Shown here: piece by piece, positions 61,043 to 64,000 of the stretch
Layout of the letters: each line of letters opens with the position of its first letter
How positions within the stretch are numbered: the first letter of the stretch is position 1
Assembly: GCA_963790475.1 (NCBI GenBank)
Contig: CAWBOS010000012.1
Span: forward strand, 1,376,001-1,440,000
Direction of reading: 5' to 3'
Length of the DNA stretch: 64,000 nt
From: an uncultured delta proteobacterium
GTDB taxonomy: Bacteria > Desulfobacterota > RBG-13-43-22
Notes under the pieces: generated by a model
Seen by the model: only the letters and a program-made list of their open reading frames with translations
Database searches by the model: none
Told to the model about the DNA's origin: nothing
Translations under genes and position numbers: made by a program

Positions 61043-62477
61043 TTATTTTTCCTCCAGAAAGAAATGTGCGACCTGGACCCCAAGTTGGGAGGGCAGGATA
61101 CCCTTGACGATCTTCAACGGGGTGAAGGTATCCTTCATGATCCGGTCTGACAGGGAAATCGTTTCTCCACGGGTCAGTCCGCCCTCGCCGTCGTCACTAA
61201 GAATTTGAACCTTAGGCAGGTCCTTGTGGGGACTCGTCGGGATAGTCCATAACCAGTGCTGTTCGGCCATCATTTAATTCCACTAAAGAGCCAACAGGAT
61301 AAATCCCCATCATGGTGATGAAGCTCTTCAATAAAATAGGATCAAAACTTTTTCCGATTTCGCTCCACATCTTCCTCAGGGCCTCATCGGGAGTGAAAGA
61401 TCTTGGACGATAGGCACGACTCGCGGTCAGGGCCTCATAGACATCGGCGATACGAAGGATTTTCCCTGTAAGACTCAGGTTCTTCGTAAAATGTATTTTT
61501 GGGTATCCGGTCATGTCGGGATTCAAGTGATGTTCAAAAGGACCCAGGATAATTTTTGACCTCATCGCTTTATTGGCATTCAGTTTCAAAATCTTCCTCA
61601 CACCGAGAAGCGGGTGACTTCGCATGCTTTTCCATTCCTCTGCGTTCAACTCACCCCGCTTAAGAAGGACCTTCTTGGAAACTTCAACCTTTCCCAGATC
61701 ATGAAAAAGTCCGCATAGGCAAAGATGCTCCAGAGCAACCTTAGACATGCCGATATGTCTTCCAAGACAGGTCGCCAGGAGGGAAACATTGACCGAATGG
61801 ATATAGGTATAATCATCATAGGCTTTGATGGTCGCAAGTCCGAGTACCAGCGATTGATCTTCCCGAACAAGATCTACAATGGTTTGGGCCAGACGTCTTA
61901 CCTTGCGGACTCCGGCTATTTCCTGTGATGTCTTATCGGCCACCTCTTTTATCGAGGCCAGGGCATACTGGTAGGCTTTTTTGCTCCTTTCCCGACGTTT
62001 CAAATCGCCATCTTTCAGATCGCTCTCTTGTTTCTTAAGGACCTGTACCCAGGACAGCACCTGGCCTTGAAGTCTTTGGTCCAGCCAGCCAAAAGGATCC
62101 TCCTGTTTTGCCGAAACATCAAGAAGACGAATAAACTTCAAGAGGTTTTCGCCTGAAACCTTCCTGGAATTCGTAAAGAACTGAAGACCGCCTAATCCCC
62201 TCCTGGAAAAGTATTCCATCATTTCATTAATGATGCTGACGGTTTCTCTTCTAAAGGGGAGTTTTTCTCCGCCTATATGGAACCTTCCCCGCCAGATCTG
62301 AATTTGAAGATCTTCTGCCCGAGTCATCTCATCGAGAATATATTTGAATTTTGCCAGGCACTCCTTGGTCAATTGGTTGTTATCATTATATACCTTTGCC
62401 GTTTGGATAAGATGATATAATGCCTTCAGGAAGGTCATTCCGGGGTCTTCCAAATGGGTTATATTTTTATTCAACAT
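61043..62477 (-). CDS. HD-GYP-domain protein; +1 frameshift in the G4 run at 61228-61231
   Basis: YTYIHSVNV, HDLGK, EHH, GYP, IADVYEA, GIYPVGS; the tail continues in ORF 61043-61273. Confidence 0.85.
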
Positions 62478-62479
62478 GT

Positions 62480-64000
62480 TTATCTGTCCCCTCGGCACTG
62501 CAATTCCTGTCTGCTTTTTCTGGCAATGGCCCTCAGGCTCGGATAAAGGGATCGGCTGGCATCTTTCAGAACCAGCTCAGCCTCAGGGTTGTCCAGGGCT
62601 ATAAGGGCTGTGGCAGCGCCTCTTCGGAGTGCGGACTTCCAGAAACCCGGCATCCAACCCTGTCTAAACAGGGTTTCACGAAGGAAGGAGATCGAACGGG
62701 CCGACCCGCATTTCCCCAAGGTTTTGAAACACAGAATGAGATGGGCTTTCTCATTAGTACTGTTCTTCATGTTGCGAAGGTATGAGAGTAGAAGATCTTC
62801 GACAACTGCGTCCCGTGACTGCCCTAATAGTTCAAGGACCAATTGTCGTATGGAATAATCCTTATCATCGATCATATGGAAAAGATCCTTGACATAGGCA
62901 GGGTACCGCCTGAAGAGGCCTTTGACCGCCTCACTGCGTACTCTCGCGGATGGATGACGTGTAAGTCTTTTTAAATACTTCAGAGATTGCCCTCCTTGTA
63001 AGTTGACGATCACCGGGACGAGTTTTTCAACCAGCATTTCATCAGGGTTACTCAGCATCGATTCCAGGGTATGTATATCCTGTGAAGCCAGGAAAATGAT
63101 CGAATCCAAAAGGATTTGCCGGAGGGGGGCCGGTTGAGTTTGTGGCATAAGAGAAATAAGGGTATCAATAGCCTGAGGGTTAAGGAGTTTTAAAATCTGT
63201 CCAGCTATCCCGGTATTCTCTGAATCTAAATGCCTCCAAATCTCCTTAAGGGGTGCAAGAGACTCAGGACTGGAGGCATTCAAAAAGAACTCGTCTATAG
63301 CCAGACCGGCCCAGGGTAACTCTACTTGGAAGATATCGAGCACGTAACGCAATCCCTGCAGTATTTTGAGCGTAACTATGAAGTCTCCTCCAGCCAGAGA
63401 CCCTTTGAATTCCTCTGAAAGCACTTCCAGTATTGTCTTGAAATTTTCCTTCTCCCGATGCTGTAGAAGGCTATCCATCAAGGCATCCAGATAGGAGGTC
63501 AGATCAGGCTCTTCTTCCTGACGAATCATTTCTTTTAGTATTACTTTTTCCTCTGGTGTAAGCACCAGATTGGCAGAGCCAATGGCAAGGTTGACCTGAG
63601 TATCCGGTTCCTCCGATTCAAATTCCCTCAACTGCATCTCAACCGCGTTCTCTCCACTAAGATCGGAAAGTTCGTTGAGCTCCTCCTTAGGATCATCACC
63701 CCAGGAAAACTCTGCGACCTCGTATCGCAGATGAGAAAATTGTGCTTCCCAGAAAGCGGTAACAATGTCACCTTCCGGTTCAGCCGACAGTTTGGTGTAC
63801 TTGTCTAAAATTGTCAGAATATCACTAAGTTCCTCCAGTTCGATTCCGGCCATGAACTCCAGCCATCGTATACCGACCTGAAAAAGGGTAAAGTGCAGAG
63901 TCCCTTCCTTCGGGAGTCCTTCTGTAATCACCCCACCATTGGAAACAATGCGTTCCCGCTCTATTTCAAGTCTGAGTGTTCCGTATTTTTGAAGGAATGC
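62480..64000 (-). CDS. HEAT-repeat protein; start lies beyond the window end
   Basis: The frame stays open to the window edge (AFLQKYGTLRLEIE...); HPSARVRSEAV and DYSIRQL HEAT units. Confidence 0.75.
   Translation of the reverse strand, partial: AFLQKYGTLRLEIERERIVSNGGVITEGLPKEGTLHFTLFQVGIRWLEFMAGIELEELSDILTILDKYTKLSAEPEGDIVTAFWEAQFSHLRYEVAEFSWGDDPKEELNELSDLSGENAVEMQLREFESEEPDTQVNLAIGSANLVLTPEEKVILKEMIRQEEEPDLTSYLDALMDSLLQHREKENFKTILEVLSEEFKGSLAGGDFIVTLKILQGLRYVLDIFQVELPWAGLAIDEFFLNASSPESLAPLKEIWRHLDSENTGIAGQILKLLNPQAIDTLISLMPQTQPAPLRQILLDSIIFLASQDIHTLESMLSNPDEMLVEKLVPVIVNLQGGQSLKYLKRLTRHPSARVRSEAVKGLFRRYPAYVKDLFHMIDDKDYSIRQLVLELLGQSRDAVVEDLLLSYLRNMKNSTNEKAHLILCFKTLGKCGSARSISFLRETLFRQGWMPGFWKSALRRGAATALIALDNPEAELVLKDASRSLYPSLRAIARKSRQELQCRGDR

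Noticed and set aside
60877-61208. Short plus-strand ORFs after the spermidine-synthase-like gene
   Set aside because: No motifs, and they overlap the frameshifted 3' end of the HD-GYP gene on the opposite strand.

Overview
This is an anaerobic Desulfobacterota/deltaproteobacterial-type chromosomal window with no rRNA, tRNA or CRISPR array seen. Contents in order: (1) 1-11.2 kb, an extended sigma54-controlled orp-like cluster (NifB/NifX-domain proteins, Mrp-NifX fusion, two COG1149 ferredoxin-ATPases, NifU-like scaffold, CDF-NifX fusion); (2) 11.3-16.4 kb, a tandemly duplicated membrane heme-c/FeS HdrC-like gene plus HdrB, with the second copy decaying; (3) metY-metX-metW with a Cys-rich HTH regulator; (4) moaD-aor and a VapBC pair; (5) 25-42 kb, an accessory island with four fluoride (crcB-class) riboswitches in front of a cation:H+ antiporter + USP, a Zn-ribbon/HEAT protein, a dynamin-like GTPase, and an antiporter'/ChrB' relic-enolase-TolC-MFP-RND string, with no Fluc/CLC-F exporter in the window; (6) a decayed ars/thioredoxin/CcdA/CDF cluster; (7) UvrD-like helicase, folC with an in-frame heptamer-repeat hairpin insertion, pilB/pilC/pilin followed by a YfhO-type glycosyltransferase and a membrane spermidine-synthase-like gene, then HD-GYP and HEAT genes. 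The window has many deletion-fusion relics, and several single-base homopolymer frameshifts that are probably sequencing errors. All calls are by eye from motifs; no database search was run.
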